DNA of 35,697 bases from Actinomycetales bacterium (lineage in GTDB: Bacteria > Actinomycetota > Actinomycetes > Actinomycetales > Dermatophilaceae), in contig JBBSNC010000001.1 in NCBI GenBank assembly GCA_038232855.1, positions 1 through 35,697 of the forward strand, read 5' to 3'. The notes beneath the pieces were generated by a model that saw only the letters and a program-made list of their open reading frames with translations, had not been told where the DNA came from and did not search any database. Positions 1 through 10,387 of this stretch are shown piece by piece. The first letter of the stretch is position 1. Every line of letters starts with the position of its first letter. The position numbers and the translations under genes are program-made.

Positions 1-6
1 GTTCGC

Positions 7-1305
7 ATGAGGGGATCTTGGGGAAACCGGCTCGATGACATCATCGACGAACTTCATACCCTGATTGGTGAGGTGCAGGAGTCGACGCTGGGAGTCGACA
101 CCGGGACTCTGATCTGCGACGTGGGAGACTTGCAGGAAGTCATCTCTGCGGCCTCTGCGGTGCAATCCGTCAGGTTGGCTCAGTACGCCGCCAGAGGCGA
201 GGAACGATCGCCGGACGGATCCTTCAACGAGATGGATCTTGGCGTGGGGAATGTGGCCGATTTTGCTGCCGACATGGTGGGTCCGGTGTTGGCGCTGCCG
301 CCCTCGATGGCGGTTCGGCGGGTGAGCATCTCCGCGCGGCTGGCGTCAGTGTTGCCGATGACGTTGCGCGCATTGGCGGACGGATTCATCGATCCGTTCC
401 GGGCGCAGATTATTGCGGAAGAAACACTGCTTGCCGATCGGCGCGTGTGTGCCGGAGTCGAAGAGCGAGTTTTCCCAGTGGATCCCGAGGAGACCCCGGG
501 ACGGTTGCGTCGGCGGGTCAGGCGAGCGCTGGCCGCGGTGGACCCGCAATCAGTGGCCGAGCACGCCGCGAGGGCGCGGCAAAGGCTATTCGTGCATGTA
601 CGTGCATGCGATGTGCCAGGCGTCAGCGAATGGTTCGCTCAACTTCCCACGGAGGATTCGGCGGCATGCTGGGCGGCAATCAACGACGCAGTCCATCGAG
701 CGAAGGCGGAGAATCCAAGCCGGGGGATCGATCTGTGCCGCGCCGAGGCTCTCGTGGATTTGATCCTTGGCCGCATTTCGGTCAACACCACGGTCTCGAT
801 CGCAGTTCCGGTGCAACGCTGGACCTCCGGCGCAGGCACTGATCGTCATGATGGCGGAGCCTGCGGTTCGGTCTTCGAGCAATCTGTATCGGGTACCGAA
901 GTGCCGGGGATAGGTGTCATTACCGGAGACGTGGTTGATGATCTCATTGCACGGTTCGGGGTATCGCTCGCCGGAATGCTCGTCGACGCAGAAACCGGAG
1001 TCACCGTGGCCACCACCGGATCCCCGTTGTATCGACCACCAGCCAAGATCGCACAGTTTGTCCGACAGCGAGACGGAACGTGCCGCTTTCCGGGATGTAC
1101 AGTGGCCGTCCGCCGATGCGACCTCGACCACGTCAAACCATGGGCCGTTGGTGACTCAGGCTCAGGGCACTTCGACGCTGGAAGAACTGATTCTGGCAAG
1201 ACTGAACCAGCAAACTTGATCTGTTTGTGCCGACGTCACCACCGATTGAAGACGCACACTCGTTGGAAATCCATGCTTGACCCGCTTTCCGCGGTTGTGA
1301 CCTGA
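7..1305 (+). CDS. DUF222 / HNH endonuclease domain protein (13E12-repeat family); last ~22 codons appear frameshifted (alternative end 1370)
   Basis: C-terminal motif RDGTCRFPGC...CDLDHVKPW...NLICLCRRHHRLKTH; N-terminal helical region typical of DUF222. The expected (W)TDPYG tail continues in another frame after 1304. Confidence 0.85.
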   Translation: MRGSWGNRLDDIIDELHTLIGEVQESTLGVDTGTLICDVGDLQEVISAASAVQSVRLAQYAARGEERSPDGSFNEMDLGVGNVADFAADMVGPVLALPPSMAVRRVSISARLASVLPMTLRALADGFIDPFRAQIIAEETLLADRRVCAGVEERVFPVDPEETPGRLRRRVRRALAAVDPQSVAEHAARARQRLFVHVRACDVPGVSEWFAQLPTEDSAACWAAINDAVHRAKAENPSRGIDLCRAEALVDLILGRISVNTTVSIAVPVQRWTSGAGTDRHDGGACGSVFEQSVSGTEVPGIGVITGDVVDDLIARFGVSLAGMLVDAETGVTVATTGSPLYRPPAKIAQFVRQRDGTCRFPGCTVAVRRCDLDHVKPWAVGDSGSGHFDAGRTDSGKTEPANLICLCRRHHRLKTHTRWKSMLDPLSAVVT

Positions 1306-1464
1306 CAGATCCGTACGGTGAGCGGTGGGCGACGCACCCGGTGGATCATCGTGCGCCAAACGTCGCGTGACCCTCAAGGCCGTCGTTGCCGCTGCTCCGA
1401 ACTGCTCCGAACTGCGCCAAACGTGGCCAGCGAGTCGCTGACCTCTCCGGGCGTGCCAGCGGCG

Positions 1465-1490
1465 TACCGTAGGCAGCGAACAGGTGTTCG
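1465..1490 (+). promoter_or_regulatory. ruvCAB promoter: -10 TACCGT plus LexA (SOS) box CGAAC-AGGT-GTTCG
   Basis: TANNNT at 1465-1470. Perfect CGAAC-N4-GTTCG at 1477-1490 matches the actinobacterial LexA consensus and lies 66 bp upstream of ruvC. Confidence 0.8.
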
Positions 1491-1556
1491 TATCGCCGAT
1501 GCGCGGAACTCGCCTGAAGACCACTTGACCATGCTCGTCGCTATCAGGGAGGCACC

Positions 1557-2216
1557 GTGCGGGTACTGGGCGTCGATCCTGGTCTGACTCGATGTGGTCT
1601 CGGCGTGGTCGAGGGTGAGCGAGGTCGCCAACTCACCATGGTTGCCGTCGGTGTCGTGCGCACTCCGGTGACAGCGGCTCCAGAGGAGCGCTTGCTGAGT
1701 TTGCAGACCCAAATCGACCAATGGTTAAGGGACTACCGTCCCGACGCTGTCGCGGTTGAGCGCGTCTTCGCGAAGGCCAACATCAAAGGAATTATGGGCA
1801 CCGCCCAGGCCTCAGCCGTCCCGATGCTCGCAGCCGCCCGGCTGGGTTTGCCGTTGGCGCTGCATACCCCCACCGAAGTCAAAGCGGCAGTGAGCGGCAA
1901 CGGTCGGGCAGACAAGGCCCAAGTCGCCCACATGATTGGCCGGATCCTGCAACTGCCGGTGGCTCCCCGCCCGGCGGACGCCGCGGATGCACTAGCCCTC
2001 GCGATCTGTCACCTGTGGCGCTCCGGGGGCCAAGATCAACGCGACAACGCCGCGATCAGTGATCGCATGGCTCGCGCGGAGCAGATGGCAGCCACTGCGG
2101 CGCCGAATAGGCTCGAGCAATTGCACGCGAATGCCGCTGGCAAGCCGACCCGTGGCGCGCAGTGGGCGGCCCGTGTCGGTCAGGGGCGCCGAGGCACTCA
2201 GAGGAGTAGGCCGTGA
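1557..2216 (+). CDS. ruvC: Holliday junction resolvase RuvC
   Basis: [37 protein letters not shown] and [14 protein letters not shown] motifs; first gene of ruvCAB. Confidence 0.97.
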   Translation: MRVLGVDPGLTRCGLGVVEGERGRQLTMVAVGVVRTPVTAAPEERLLSLQTQIDQWLRDYRPDAVAVERVFAKANIKGIMGTAQASAVPMLAAARLGLPLALHTPTEVKAAVSGNGRADKAQVAHMIGRILQLPVAPRPADAADALALAICHLWRSGGQDQRDNAAISDRMARAEQMAATAAPNRLEQLHANAAGKPTRGAQWAARVGQGRRGTQRSRP

Positions 2217-2839
2217 TTGCTTCACTACGCGGCGCGGTGGCGCACGTTGGCTTGGACCACCTGATCATCGAAGTTGGTGGGATGGGGTTCAAGGTCCACA
2301 CCACTCCGGCCACGGCGTCGGCCTTCACCGCCGGCGGCCAAGCCTTGTTGCATACATCGTTGGTCGTGCGCGAAGAATCATGGACGCTGTATGGGTTCGC
2401 AGACGCGGACGGTCAGGCGCTCTTTGAGCAGGTCCAAACGGTCTCGGGGGTCGGGCCGCGGTTGGCCCAGGCAATGTTGGCCGTGCATGCACCCGACGAT
2501 GTGCGTCGTGCCATCTCCCGTGCTGACCTGGTTGCCTTGACCAAGGTGCCCGGGATCGGCCGCAAAGGAGCCGAGCGGATCGTGCTGGAACTGCGCGACA
2601 AGGTGGCACCAACTTCTTCCGGCGGTGCAGAGGCAAGCGCTTCAGATGGGGGTGGGTCGAACGCAGGGAACTCGGATGCTGACCAAGTTGTGCAGGCGCT
2701 CGTGGGCCTCGGGTGGAACACCAAGCAGGCCGAAGAAGCAGTGCGCTCGGCCAGCAAGGTCAATGGCGACGGTGAGGCGAGCACGGGCCTCACCGTGGCA
2801 GCGCTCCTGCGCGCCGCGCTGCGGGAGCTCGGCCGATGA
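2213..2839 (+). CDS. ruvA: Holliday junction DNA-binding protein RuvA
   Basis: [20 protein letters not shown], and HhH motifs VSGVGPRLA and [12 protein letters not shown]; 4-bp overlap with ruvC. Confidence 0.97.
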   Translation: MIASLRGAVAHVGLDHLIIEVGGMGFKVHTTPATASAFTAGGQALLHTSLVVREESWTLYGFADADGQALFEQVQTVSGVGPRLAQAMLAVHAPDDVRRAISRADLVALTKVPGIGRKGAERIVLELRDKVAPTSSGGAEASASDGGGSNAGNSDADQVVQALVGLGWNTKQAEEAVRSASKVNGDGEASTGLTVAALLRAALRELGR

Positions 2840-3930
2840 CTGCAGGCATGCCGGAAGACCCTGCGGACGGATCGGAGCCGCGCATTGTGGCGCCCGAGGC
2901 GATGGACGCGGAGCGGCAGGTCGAGGCTGCGTTGCGTCCGAGACGCCTTGCCGATTTCCCCGGCCAAGGCAGAGTGCGTGACCAATTGGGCTTGCTGCTA
3001 GAAGCTGCGCGCCGTCGTGCGGCACCTCCAGATCACGTGTTGCTCTCCGGCCCGCCTGGCCTTGGTAAGACCACGCTGGCCATGATTGTGGCAAATGAGC
3101 TCGAGCAGCCGATCCGGATCACGAGCGGTCCAGCGATCCAACATGCCGGAGACTTGGCCGCGATACTCTCCTCGCTCACCGAGGGAGAGGTGTTCTTCCT
3201 CGATGAGATCCACCGGATGTCCCGACCAGCAGAAGAGATGCTCTACCTGGCGATGGAGGATTTTCGGGTCGATGTCATCGTGGGCAAGGGCCCGGGCGCG
3301 ACCGCGATCCCGTTGGAGTTGCCGCCCTTCACAGTGGTGGGAGCGACCACCCGTGCTGGGTTGCTCCCCGCGCCGTTGCGCGATCGCTTCGGATTCACCG
3401 GCCACCTCGACTTCTATGCCACCGAAGACCTCGTCACAATCTTGACCCGTAACGCACAACTATTGGAGATAGACGCCGATGAGGCAGGCATCGCGGAGAT
3501 CGCCTCACGCTCCCGCGGCACGCCGCGAATCGCCAACCGGCTGCTGCGCCGAGTGCGCGACTGGGCGCAGGTGCACGGACGGCACGTTGTCGACCTTGAC
3601 GCAGCACTGGCCGCGCTCGCCCTCTTCGACGTTGACGAACTCGGCTTGGACCGCCTGGATCGAGCGGTTTTGGAAGCCCTCTGTCGCAGATTCGGTGGTG
3701 GACCGGTGGGGTTGAGCACGTTGGCTGTGGCCGTGGGCGAGGAGCCAGACACGGTCGAGACCGTAGCCGAGCCCTTCTTGGTCCGTGAGGGTTTCATGCT
3801 GCGCACCCCGAGGGGCCGAGCGGCTGCTGCCTCGGCATGGCAGCACCTCGGGCTGACCCCGCCAGAGAATCAAAGTAGCGCCGCACAAAGTCGGTTGCCA
3901 TTTGATACAGATCAGGGTCGCTTCCACTAG
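2836..3930 (+). CDS. ruvB: Holliday junction branch-migration ATPase RuvB
   Basis: Walker [47 protein letters not shown]. Confidence 0.98.
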   Translation: MTAGMPEDPADGSEPRIVAPEAMDAERQVEAALRPRRLADFPGQGRVRDQLGLLLEAARRRAAPPDHVLLSGPPGLGKTTLAMIVANELEQPIRITSGPAIQHAGDLAAILSSLTEGEVFFLDEIHRMSRPAEEMLYLAMEDFRVDVIVGKGPGATAIPLELPPFTVVGATTRAGLLPAPLRDRFGFTGHLDFYATEDLVTILTRNAQLLEIDADEAGIAEIASRSRGTPRIANRLLRRVRDWAQVHGRHVVDLDAALAALALFDVDELGLDRLDRAVLEALCRRFGGGPVGLSTLAVAVGEEPDTVETVAEPFLVREGFMLRTPRGRAAAASAWQHLGLTPPENQSSAAQSRLPFDTDQGRFH

Positions 3931-4092
3931 ATGGCGCGTCGGGCCACAGGTGAGTCGTTTCTTGACCAGGTTCTTCCCAAGTGTCAGCGTGGAGTCTTTG
4001 GCCGCCTCGCCCACCTCACCTAGACTTCCGGGGTCACGCGCGATGGCGCGTTGCCACATACCCAGTGACGCAATAATTTACAAAGGACGCAC

Positions 4093-4446
4093 ATGCCCGT
4101 CATGACCTCTGCCACGACCAGTAGCGGGAGTGGTTCACTCTCGCTACTGATCCTCGCAGTGCCACTTGCCCTCCTTGCTTACCTGATGTTCACCCAACGT
4201 CGGCGCGCAAAGCGCGAACTGCAGGCACAACAAAGCCTTGAAATCGGTGATGAGGTCATGACCAGAGCCGGTATGTTTGGCGTTATCGTGGGACTAGACG
4301 GACCGGTGGTGCGCGTCACAGTCGCCCCCGACGTGGTCGTCGCTTTCGATCGACGCGCGATCATTCCCGCGCCGCGGCCCGCCGAAGCAGATGAAGGTCG
4401 GGAAGGTCCCGATGGGGAAGAAACCCCTGGGGAGAGCACGCGTTGA
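4093..4446 (+). CDS. yajC: Preprotein translocase subunit YajC
   Basis: One TM segment, then QQSLEIGDEVMTRAGMFG; directly upstream of secD; AAGGA RBS. Confidence 0.9.
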   Translation: MPVMTSATTSSGSGSLSLLILAVPLALLAYLMFTQRRRAKRELQAQQSLEIGDEVMTRAGMFGVIVGLDGPVVRVTVAPDVVVAFDRRAIIPAPRPAEADEGREGPDGEETPGESTR

Positions 4447-6293
4447 GGGCGATCAAGCCGCGTAATCGCACAGCCGTCCGCACCATAGCGGCGCTCGCCG
4501 CCATCGTCGTGTTGCTCTTTGGCGGTTTGGCGGCCGCCACCCAGTGGGCGAACCCCAAGGCACAGTTCACCCCGTTGCTCGGGTTGGACTTGGCTGGCGG
4601 TCGCCAAATCGTGATTGAGCCCGTCGTCACCGGCTCAGCAGAAGCTTCTGAAGAGCAAGTGCAGCAAGCGATCGACATCATTAGACGACGGATCGACGGC
4701 AGTGGAACGGCGGAGGCCGAAGTCTCGCGCCTCGGCGGAGACAACATCGCGGTCGCCATCCCGGGCAACCCATCGGCAGCGCAGTTGGACGCGCTCAGCC
4801 GCTCCTCTCAGCTCAGTTTTCGATCGGTGCTGGTCGCCCAGCCAGTCGGATTGGACATCGAGCCACCCGGTGAAACCCCCTTCCTGCCCCTACCTGACAG
4901 CTTCGAACCGCCCGAACCGCCTGGCGATACGGGCGTCGAAGATCCCGGTGCCCCTGACGACACGGGCGTCGAAGAGCCCGCACCGCAGGAGAGCGACCAA
5001 GACGTCGACAACGGTCCCTTCCCCGAGGGACTGCGAGCCCAGGACGATGCGGAACAAACAGACGATGCGGAGCAAACAACCGGCCCACCCGCGCCTGAAG
5101 ATGAGCCCACACCGGATGCTCAAAATCCGAGCGACCTTGCCCAGATCACACCTGAAATGCAGGAGCAGTTCACCGCTCTTGACTGCTCGACCGACACCGA
5201 AGGCGACCGGGTAGCCGCTGAGCCGAACGACGTCGCTGTCGTGGCGTGCGCGACCGATGGGACCGAGAAGTACATTCTAGGCCCGGTGGAACTGACTGGC
5301 GCGTCAGTCGCGGACGCGCGCGCGGGATTGGAGTCCACCCAAGGGGGCACCACCGGTCGGGTCGAAGTAAGCCTCGAACTGGATGATGAGGGTGGGACGA
5401 AGTTCGCTGAAATCTCGTCGCGCTTGTTCCAGTACCCCCAAGGCGAGGCGCAGAATCGGTTTGCCATTGTGCTTGACGGCACCGCCATCACTGCTCCTGG
5501 CATCAACGGCGTGATCTCCGGGGGGCAGGCCAGCATCACCGGAAACTTCACGATGGAAACGGCTGAGGTGCTCGCCAACCAGATCAAGTTCGGTGCCTTG
5601 CCGATCTCATTCGCTGTGCAAACCAGCGAGCAGATCAGCCCGACCTTGGGCGGAGAGCAGCTTCGACTCGGGATCATCGCCGGTGTCGTTGGGTTGCTCC
5701 TGGTCTTCGGCTACTCCCTCGCGCAGTATCGAGCCCTTGGCCTGGTGACGATCGGCTCCCTAGCGGTGGCGGCCATCTTGGCTTACGTGAGCGTCAGCCT
5801 GCTCGGTTGGGCCACGAACTTCCGGCTCACGATGGCGGGGGTGACCGGACTCATCGTGGCTATCGGGATCACTGCAGACAGTTTCATCGTCTACTTCGAG
5901 CGGGTGCGCGACGAAGTCAGGTCAGGGCGCCCATTGCGGTATGCGGTGGATACCGGATGGGCCCGTGCCCGGCGCACCATCCTGATCTCGGATGCGGTGA
6001 ACCTCATTGCCGCCGGCGTGTTGTTCTGGCTTTCTGAATCCAGTGTCAAAGCCTTCGCCTTCACGCTCGGAATGATTACGATCATCGACCTCATCGTGAT
6101 CTTCATGTTCACCCATCCCGTGGTCAGCATTCTGGCGAACACGAAATTCTTCGGGCAGGGCCACAAGTGGTCCGGGATGGATCCGGAGCGACTTGGCGCG
6201 AAACGATCGACCTATCTTGGTCGAGGGCAATTCACCCTTCCGCCGGTCAAGGTCAAACCAACGCGTGCGGAGATTGAAGGAGGAACAGTCTAA
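4443..6293 (+). CDS. secD: Protein translocase subunit SecD
   Basis: LGLDLAGG, IIRRRID, FAIVLDG, FGALP and GITADSFIVYFERVRDE motifs; C-terminal TM bundle. Confidence 0.96.
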   Translation: MRAIKPRNRTAVRTIAALAAIVVLLFGGLAAATQWANPKAQFTPLLGLDLAGGRQIVIEPVVTGSAEASEEQVQQAIDIIRRRIDGSGTAEAEVSRLGGDNIAVAIPGNPSAAQLDALSRSSQLSFRSVLVAQPVGLDIEPPGETPFLPLPDSFEPPEPPGDTGVEDPGAPDDTGVEEPAPQESDQDVDNGPFPEGLRAQDDAEQTDDAEQTTGPPAPEDEPTPDAQNPSDLAQITPEMQEQFTALDCSTDTEGDRVAAEPNDVAVVACATDGTEKYILGPVELTGASVADARAGLESTQGGTTGRVEVSLELDDEGGTKFAEISSRLFQYPQGEAQNRFAIVLDGTAITAPGINGVISGGQASITGNFTMETAEVLANQIKFGALPISFAVQTSEQISPTLGGEQLRLGIIAGVVGLLLVFGYSLAQYRALGLVTIGSLAVAAILAYVSVSLLGWATNFRLTMAGVTGLIVAIGITADSFIVYFERVRDEVRSGRPLRYAVDTGWARARRTILISDAVNLIAAGVLFWLSESSVKAFAFTLGMITIIDLIVIFMFTHPVVSILANTKFFGQGHKWSGMDPERLGAKRSTYLGRGQFTLPPVKVKPTRAEIEGGTV

Positions 6294-7468
6294 TGGCTAG
6301 CTTCGCTGCGCTGGGCAATGATCTCTACACAGGCAAACGGTCCTTCGATATCGTCGGACGACGCAAACTGTGGTACACGATTTCCGCAATCCTGATCGCT
6401 CTGTCTTTGGTGGGCTTGGTCGGGCGTGGGCTCAACTTCGGCATTGAGTTCCGTGGCGGTTCAGAGTTGCGCGTGAGCACTGTGAGCGACACGCAAGGCT
6501 ATGAAGACATCGCAGCCGAGGCGGTCGCCGAGGCAGCGCCAGAGGCCGAGGCCTCCGTCACTCTGATCGGCGATGACACCGTGCGGGTGCAGACCGGGCA
6601 ACTGAAAAGCGCTCAGTCCGAAGAGGTCCGCGGCGACCTCGCGGACGCCTTTGGCGTCGGCACAGACCAAGTGACGAGTTCCTTCATCGGGCCATCGTGG
6701 GGTCAGACGGTCACGACGAAGGCCATCCAAGCACTGTTTGTCTTCCTGTTGCTCGTATCGTTGGTGTTAGCCCTGTATTTCCGCACCTGGAAGATGGCCG
6801 CCGCGGCACTTGTCGCACTGCTGCACGATGTTGCCTTCACCGTCGGCACCTATGCTTTGCTCGGGATCGAAGTGTCACCCGCCTCGATGATCGGCTTCCT
6901 GACGATTCTCGGTTACTCGATCTACGACACGATTGTGGTCTTCGACAAGGTGCGCGAAAGCACCGAACAGGCGATGGATACCCGCCGCATGTCCTACGCA
7001 CAAGCGGCTAACCTGGCGGTCAATCAGACCCTGGTGCGTTCGATCAATACCTCTGTGGTCGCCTTGTTACCCGTTGCCACCATCATGATCGTGGGCATCG
7101 TCTTTCTCGGCCCCGGCACGCTCTTGGACCTGGCGGTGGCGTTGTTTATCGGCATCGCAGTCGGCACGTTCTCCTCAATCTTCATCGCCACGCCGTTGCT
7201 GGTGCAGCTACGCGCGCGCGATGAGGACGTCCTTGCATTGGAGAAGGCGGTGAGCAAGCGAGCCGACCGGGCCGTGGTGCCAGCAGCGGCAACCGGTGGT
7301 CTCGGTGAGCCGAGACCAGAAGACCAAAGGGGCGGTGCGGCCGTAGCCAGCACAGACGCGACTGACGCGTCAGAGCGTTCCGGCGCCTCTACCGGACGTA
7401 CGGTGCATCCCTACGCCCAGCGCGGACCTCGCGGGCAGCCGAAGCGCCCACCCAGGTCGCGCCGGTGA
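6293..7468 (+). CDS. secF: Protein translocase subunit SecF
   Basis: LNFGIEFRGG, IGPSWG, LTILGYSIYDTIVVFDKVRE, QTLVRSINTS. Confidence 0.96.
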   Translation: MASFAALGNDLYTGKRSFDIVGRRKLWYTISAILIALSLVGLVGRGLNFGIEFRGGSELRVSTVSDTQGYEDIAAEAVAEAAPEAEASVTLIGDDTVRVQTGQLKSAQSEEVRGDLADAFGVGTDQVTSSFIGPSWGQTVTTKAIQALFVFLLLVSLVLALYFRTWKMAAAALVALLHDVAFTVGTYALLGIEVSPASMIGFLTILGYSIYDTIVVFDKVRESTEQAMDTRRMSYAQAANLAVNQTLVRSINTSVVALLPVATIMIVGIVFLGPGTLLDLAVALFIGIAVGTFSSIFIATPLLVQLRARDEDVLALEKAVSKRADRAVVPAAATGGLGEPRPEDQRGGAAVASTDATDASERSGASTGRTVHPYAQRGPRGQPKRPPRSRR

Positions 7469-8004
7469 CACAGAGCCACGGCAGTCAACTCGCCGCCGAT
7501 GTGTCAGCACGCCTACGAGATGTGCCCGACTTCCCTCAGCCGGGGATCCTGTTTAAGGACTTCACCCCGGTCTTGGCCGACGCTGCCCTCAGCGCCCGTG
7601 TCGCCGATGACGTCGTCCAACGTCATGCAGGCAGGATTGATGCGGTCGTTGGTATCGAGGCGCGAGGCTTCATCTTCGGCGCCGTAGTGGCGCAGCGACT
7701 GTCGGTCGCGTTTGTGCCCGTTCGTAAGGCGGGCAAACTGCCCCGCGAAACCCACTCGGTGAGCTACGACCTCGAGTACGGCAGCGCAACGCTGGAACTT
7801 CACGTCGACGCGTTCTCCTCCGGCGCTCGGGTGCTGGTCGTTGATGACGTGCTCGCAACCGGTGGCACCCTTGCCGCGACGATTGCGTTGATCCAGCGCA
7901 CGGGGGCGGTCGTGGCCGCTGTTGAAGTGATCCTAGAGATTGAGGCTCTGGAGGGTCGCCGCGCCTGCCGCGGCGTCCCTATCCGTGCGCTGATTCGTTC
8001 CTAG
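7465..8004 (+). CDS. apt: Adenine phosphoribosyltransferase
   Basis: [37 protein letters not shown] loop [11 protein letters not shown]. Confidence 0.97.
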   Translation: MTQSHGSQLAADVSARLRDVPDFPQPGILFKDFTPVLADAALSARVADDVVQRHAGRIDAVVGIEARGFIFGAVVAQRLSVAFVPVRKAGKLPRETHSVSYDLEYGSATLELHVDAFSSGARVLVVDDVLATGGTLAATIALIQRTGAVVAAVEVILEIEALEGRRACRGVPIRALIRS

Positions 8005-8050
8005 AACGCCGTCCGTCTCCATCTGCCTTAACGACGCGTGCAGCGCGACA

Positions 8051-8065
8051 TACACTTACCCGATG
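8051..8065 (+). promoter_or_regulatory. Leaderless promoter for rel (-10 TACACT, 6 nt, ATG)
   Basis: TACACT at 8051-8056, ATG at 8063, no SD sequence. Confidence 0.6.
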
Positions 8066-10387
8066 AGTGAGGATGTCGCGACTCCAGCCTCGCCGACGTC
8101 GACACCGACGCCGGGGGTGCGGGCACGGTGGGGGATCCTTGGCGGGAGCCGGGCAAGTGACAACCCAGTCCTGGAGCCACTGCTTCGGGCAGTGCGTGCC
8201 ACCCATCCCAAAGGTGACGTTGACCTCATTGCACGCGCCTACCGGGTAGCAGAGAAGGCCCATCGCGGGCAACAGCGTAAAAGTGGGGATGCCTACATCA
8301 CCCACCCGCTTGCGGTGGCCACCATTCTGGCCGAACTAGGCATGACGCCTTCGACTATTGCGGCTGCGCTCCTCCACGACACGGTGGAGGACACGGATTA
8401 CTCGCTGGCTCAACTCAAGGCCGACTTCGGTGATGAAATCGCCATGCTGGTCGACGGAGTGACCAAGCTCGACAAGGTCATCTATGGTGAAGCGGCGCAG
8501 GCCGAGACCGTGCGCAAAATGGTCGTCGCGATGGCTCGGGACATTCGAGTGTTGGTCATCAAACTTGCCGACCGGCTCCACAATGCCCGGACCTGGCAAT
8601 ACGTCTCCGCTGAGTCCTCGGCGCGCAAGGCGGCCGAGACGCTGGAGATCTACGCACCGCTGGCTCACCGGCTGGGTATGAACACCATCAAATGGGAGCT
8701 AGAGGACCAGTCCTTCGCCTATTTGTATCCCAAGGTGTATGACGAGATCGTCCGGATGGTGGCCGAACGCAGCCCGGCCCGTGAGGAATACCTCACCCGC
8801 GTCAGACAGCAGATTGCGGCCGACCTGAAGAACGCGAAGATTCGGGCGACTGTCACTGGTCGGCCCAAGCACTACTACTCGGTGTATCAAAAGATGATCG
8901 TGCGCGGTCACGACTTCGAGCAGATCTACGACTTGGTGGCAGTGCGGGTTTTAGTGGAATCCATCGGGGACTGCTATGCGGTGCTCGGTGCCCTGCACGC
9001 CCGATGGAACCCGGTGCCCGGGCGGTTCAAGGACTACATCGCCGTCCCCAAGTTCAACATGTATCAGTCGCTGCACACCACTGTGATGGGACCTGAGGGC
9101 AAGCCCGTCGAGGTGCAAATCCGGACCCAGCACATGCATCGACGCGCTGAGTACGGAGTGGCTGCGCACTGGAAGTACAAAGAGCTCGGCAAGGGCAAGC
9201 CGGGAGGCAATGGCCCCGGTGGCGATATGAACTGGTTGCGCCAGCTGATCGACTGGCAGCAGGACGCGGCTGACCCCAGTGAATTCCTGGAATCGCTACG
9301 CTATGAGATCCACCCGGCCGAGGTGTACGTCTACACCCCAGCCGGTGACGTCATTGCCCTGCCAGCAGGCGCGACACCGGTCGACTTCGCGTATGCCGTG
9401 CACACCGAAGTGGGGCATCGCTGCGTCGGCGGTCGGGTCAACGGCAAGTTGGTGCCGCTCGAGAATTCGCTGACCAGCGGAGATGTTGTCGAGATCATCA
9501 CCTCCAAGGCGCAAGACGCGGCGCCCAGTCGCGACTGGCTGAAGTTCGTCAAGAGCGGTCGAGCGCGGACGAAGATCCGGCATTGGTTCTCCAAGGAACG
9601 GCGCGATGAAGCGATCGACGCAGGACGGGACCAGATCGCCAAGGTGCTGCGGAAGAAGAATCAGCCCCTCCAGCGGCTGATGTCGCATGACTCCCTGATG
9701 GCCGTGGCTGGTGATCTTCGGTATCAGTCCATTGAGTCCCTGTTTGCAGCCGTAGGAGAGGGACATGTCTCCGCCGACCACGTGGTGCATCAGTTGGTTG
9801 CAACGCTAGGCGGCGAAGACAGTGCTACTGAAGACTTGGCTGAAGCAGTCACACCTCGACGTGGTCCGCTGCGGGCTACCGATCCTGGTGTCACTGTGGT
9901 CGGGGCGGACGACGTGTGGGTCAAGGTCGCTAAGTGCTGCACCCCGGTGCCCGGCGATGACATCGTCGGCTTCGTCACCCACGGCAAAGGGGTGTCGGTG
10001 CACCGCGTGGACTGCACCAATGTAGTGAACTTGCAGCGCGACCCCGACCGCATGATCGACGTCGCTTGGTCCCTGACCGAGGCCAGCGTGTTCATGGTGA
10101 ACATGCAGGTCGAGGCACTCGATCGGCCGGGATTGCTGACGGACATCACCAGAACTTTGGCCGACCAGCGGGTCAACATCACCTCGGCGTCGGTCCAGAC
10201 CAGCCGAGACCGTGTCGCCCTCTCCCGTTTCACCTTCGAGATGGCAGATCCCTCACATCTGGACAGCGTGCTTCGGACGGTGCGTCGAGTGAACGCCGTG
10301 CTGGATGTGTATCGAGTGACGGGCACTCAGGGCACCGACCCGCACCGACGCGAAGACGACACACGTTTGGGTGGCTCAAAGCACTAG
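8063..10387 (+). CDS. relA: Bifunctional (p)ppGpp synthetase/hydrolase Rel
   Basis: HD hydrolase [16 protein letters not shown]; synthetase [18 protein letters not shown]; TGS ([11 protein letters not shown]), KCCTPVPGD and ACT domains. Confidence 0.98.
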   Translation: MSEDVATPASPTSTPTPGVRARWGILGGSRASDNPVLEPLLRAVRATHPKGDVDLIARAYRVAEKAHRGQQRKSGDAYITHPLAVATILAELGMTPSTIAAALLHDTVEDTDYSLAQLKADFGDEIAMLVDGVTKLDKVIYGEAAQAETVRKMVVAMARDIRVLVIKLADRLHNARTWQYVSAESSARKAAETLEIYAPLAHRLGMNTIKWELEDQSFAYLYPKVYDEIVRMVAERSPAREEYLTRVRQQIAADLKNAKIRATVTGRPKHYYSVYQKMIVRGHDFEQIYDLVAVRVLVESIGDCYAVLGALHARWNPVPGRFKDYIAVPKFNMYQSLHTTVMGPEGKPVEVQIRTQHMHRRAEYGVAAHWKYKELGKGKPGGNGPGGDMNWLRQLIDWQQDAADPSEFLESLRYEIHPAEVYVYTPAGDVIALPAGATPVDFAYAVHTEVGHRCVGGRVNGKLVPLENSLTSGDVVEIITSKAQDAAPSRDWLKFVKSGRARTKIRHWFSKERRDEAIDAGRDQIAKVLRKKNQPLQRLMSHDSLMAVAGDLRYQSIESLFAAVGEGHVSADHVVHQLVATLGGEDSATEDLAEAVTPRRGPLRATDPGVTVVGADDVWVKVAKCCTPVPGDDIVGFVTHGKGVSVHRVDCTNVVNLQRDPDRMIDVAWSLTEASVFMVNMQVEALDRPGLLTDITRTLADQRVNITSASVQTSRDRVALSRFTFEMADPSHLDSVLRTVRRVNAVLDVYRVTGTQGTDPHRREDDTRLGGSKH

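Noticed and set aside
1445-1470. PafBC / RecA-NDp promoter motif upstream of ruvC
   Set aside because: No TGTCRG at the required 10-nt spacing before the -10.
1318-1587. 89-aa ORF between the HNH gene and ruvC
   Set aside because: Overlaps the HNH tail, the ruvC promoter/SOS box and the ruvC start; no motif.
4031-4070. Structured RNA in the yajC leader (ACGCGC-GATG-GCGCGT hairpin)
   Set aside because: A single short GC stem is expected by chance at this GC content; no recognisable riboswitch motif.
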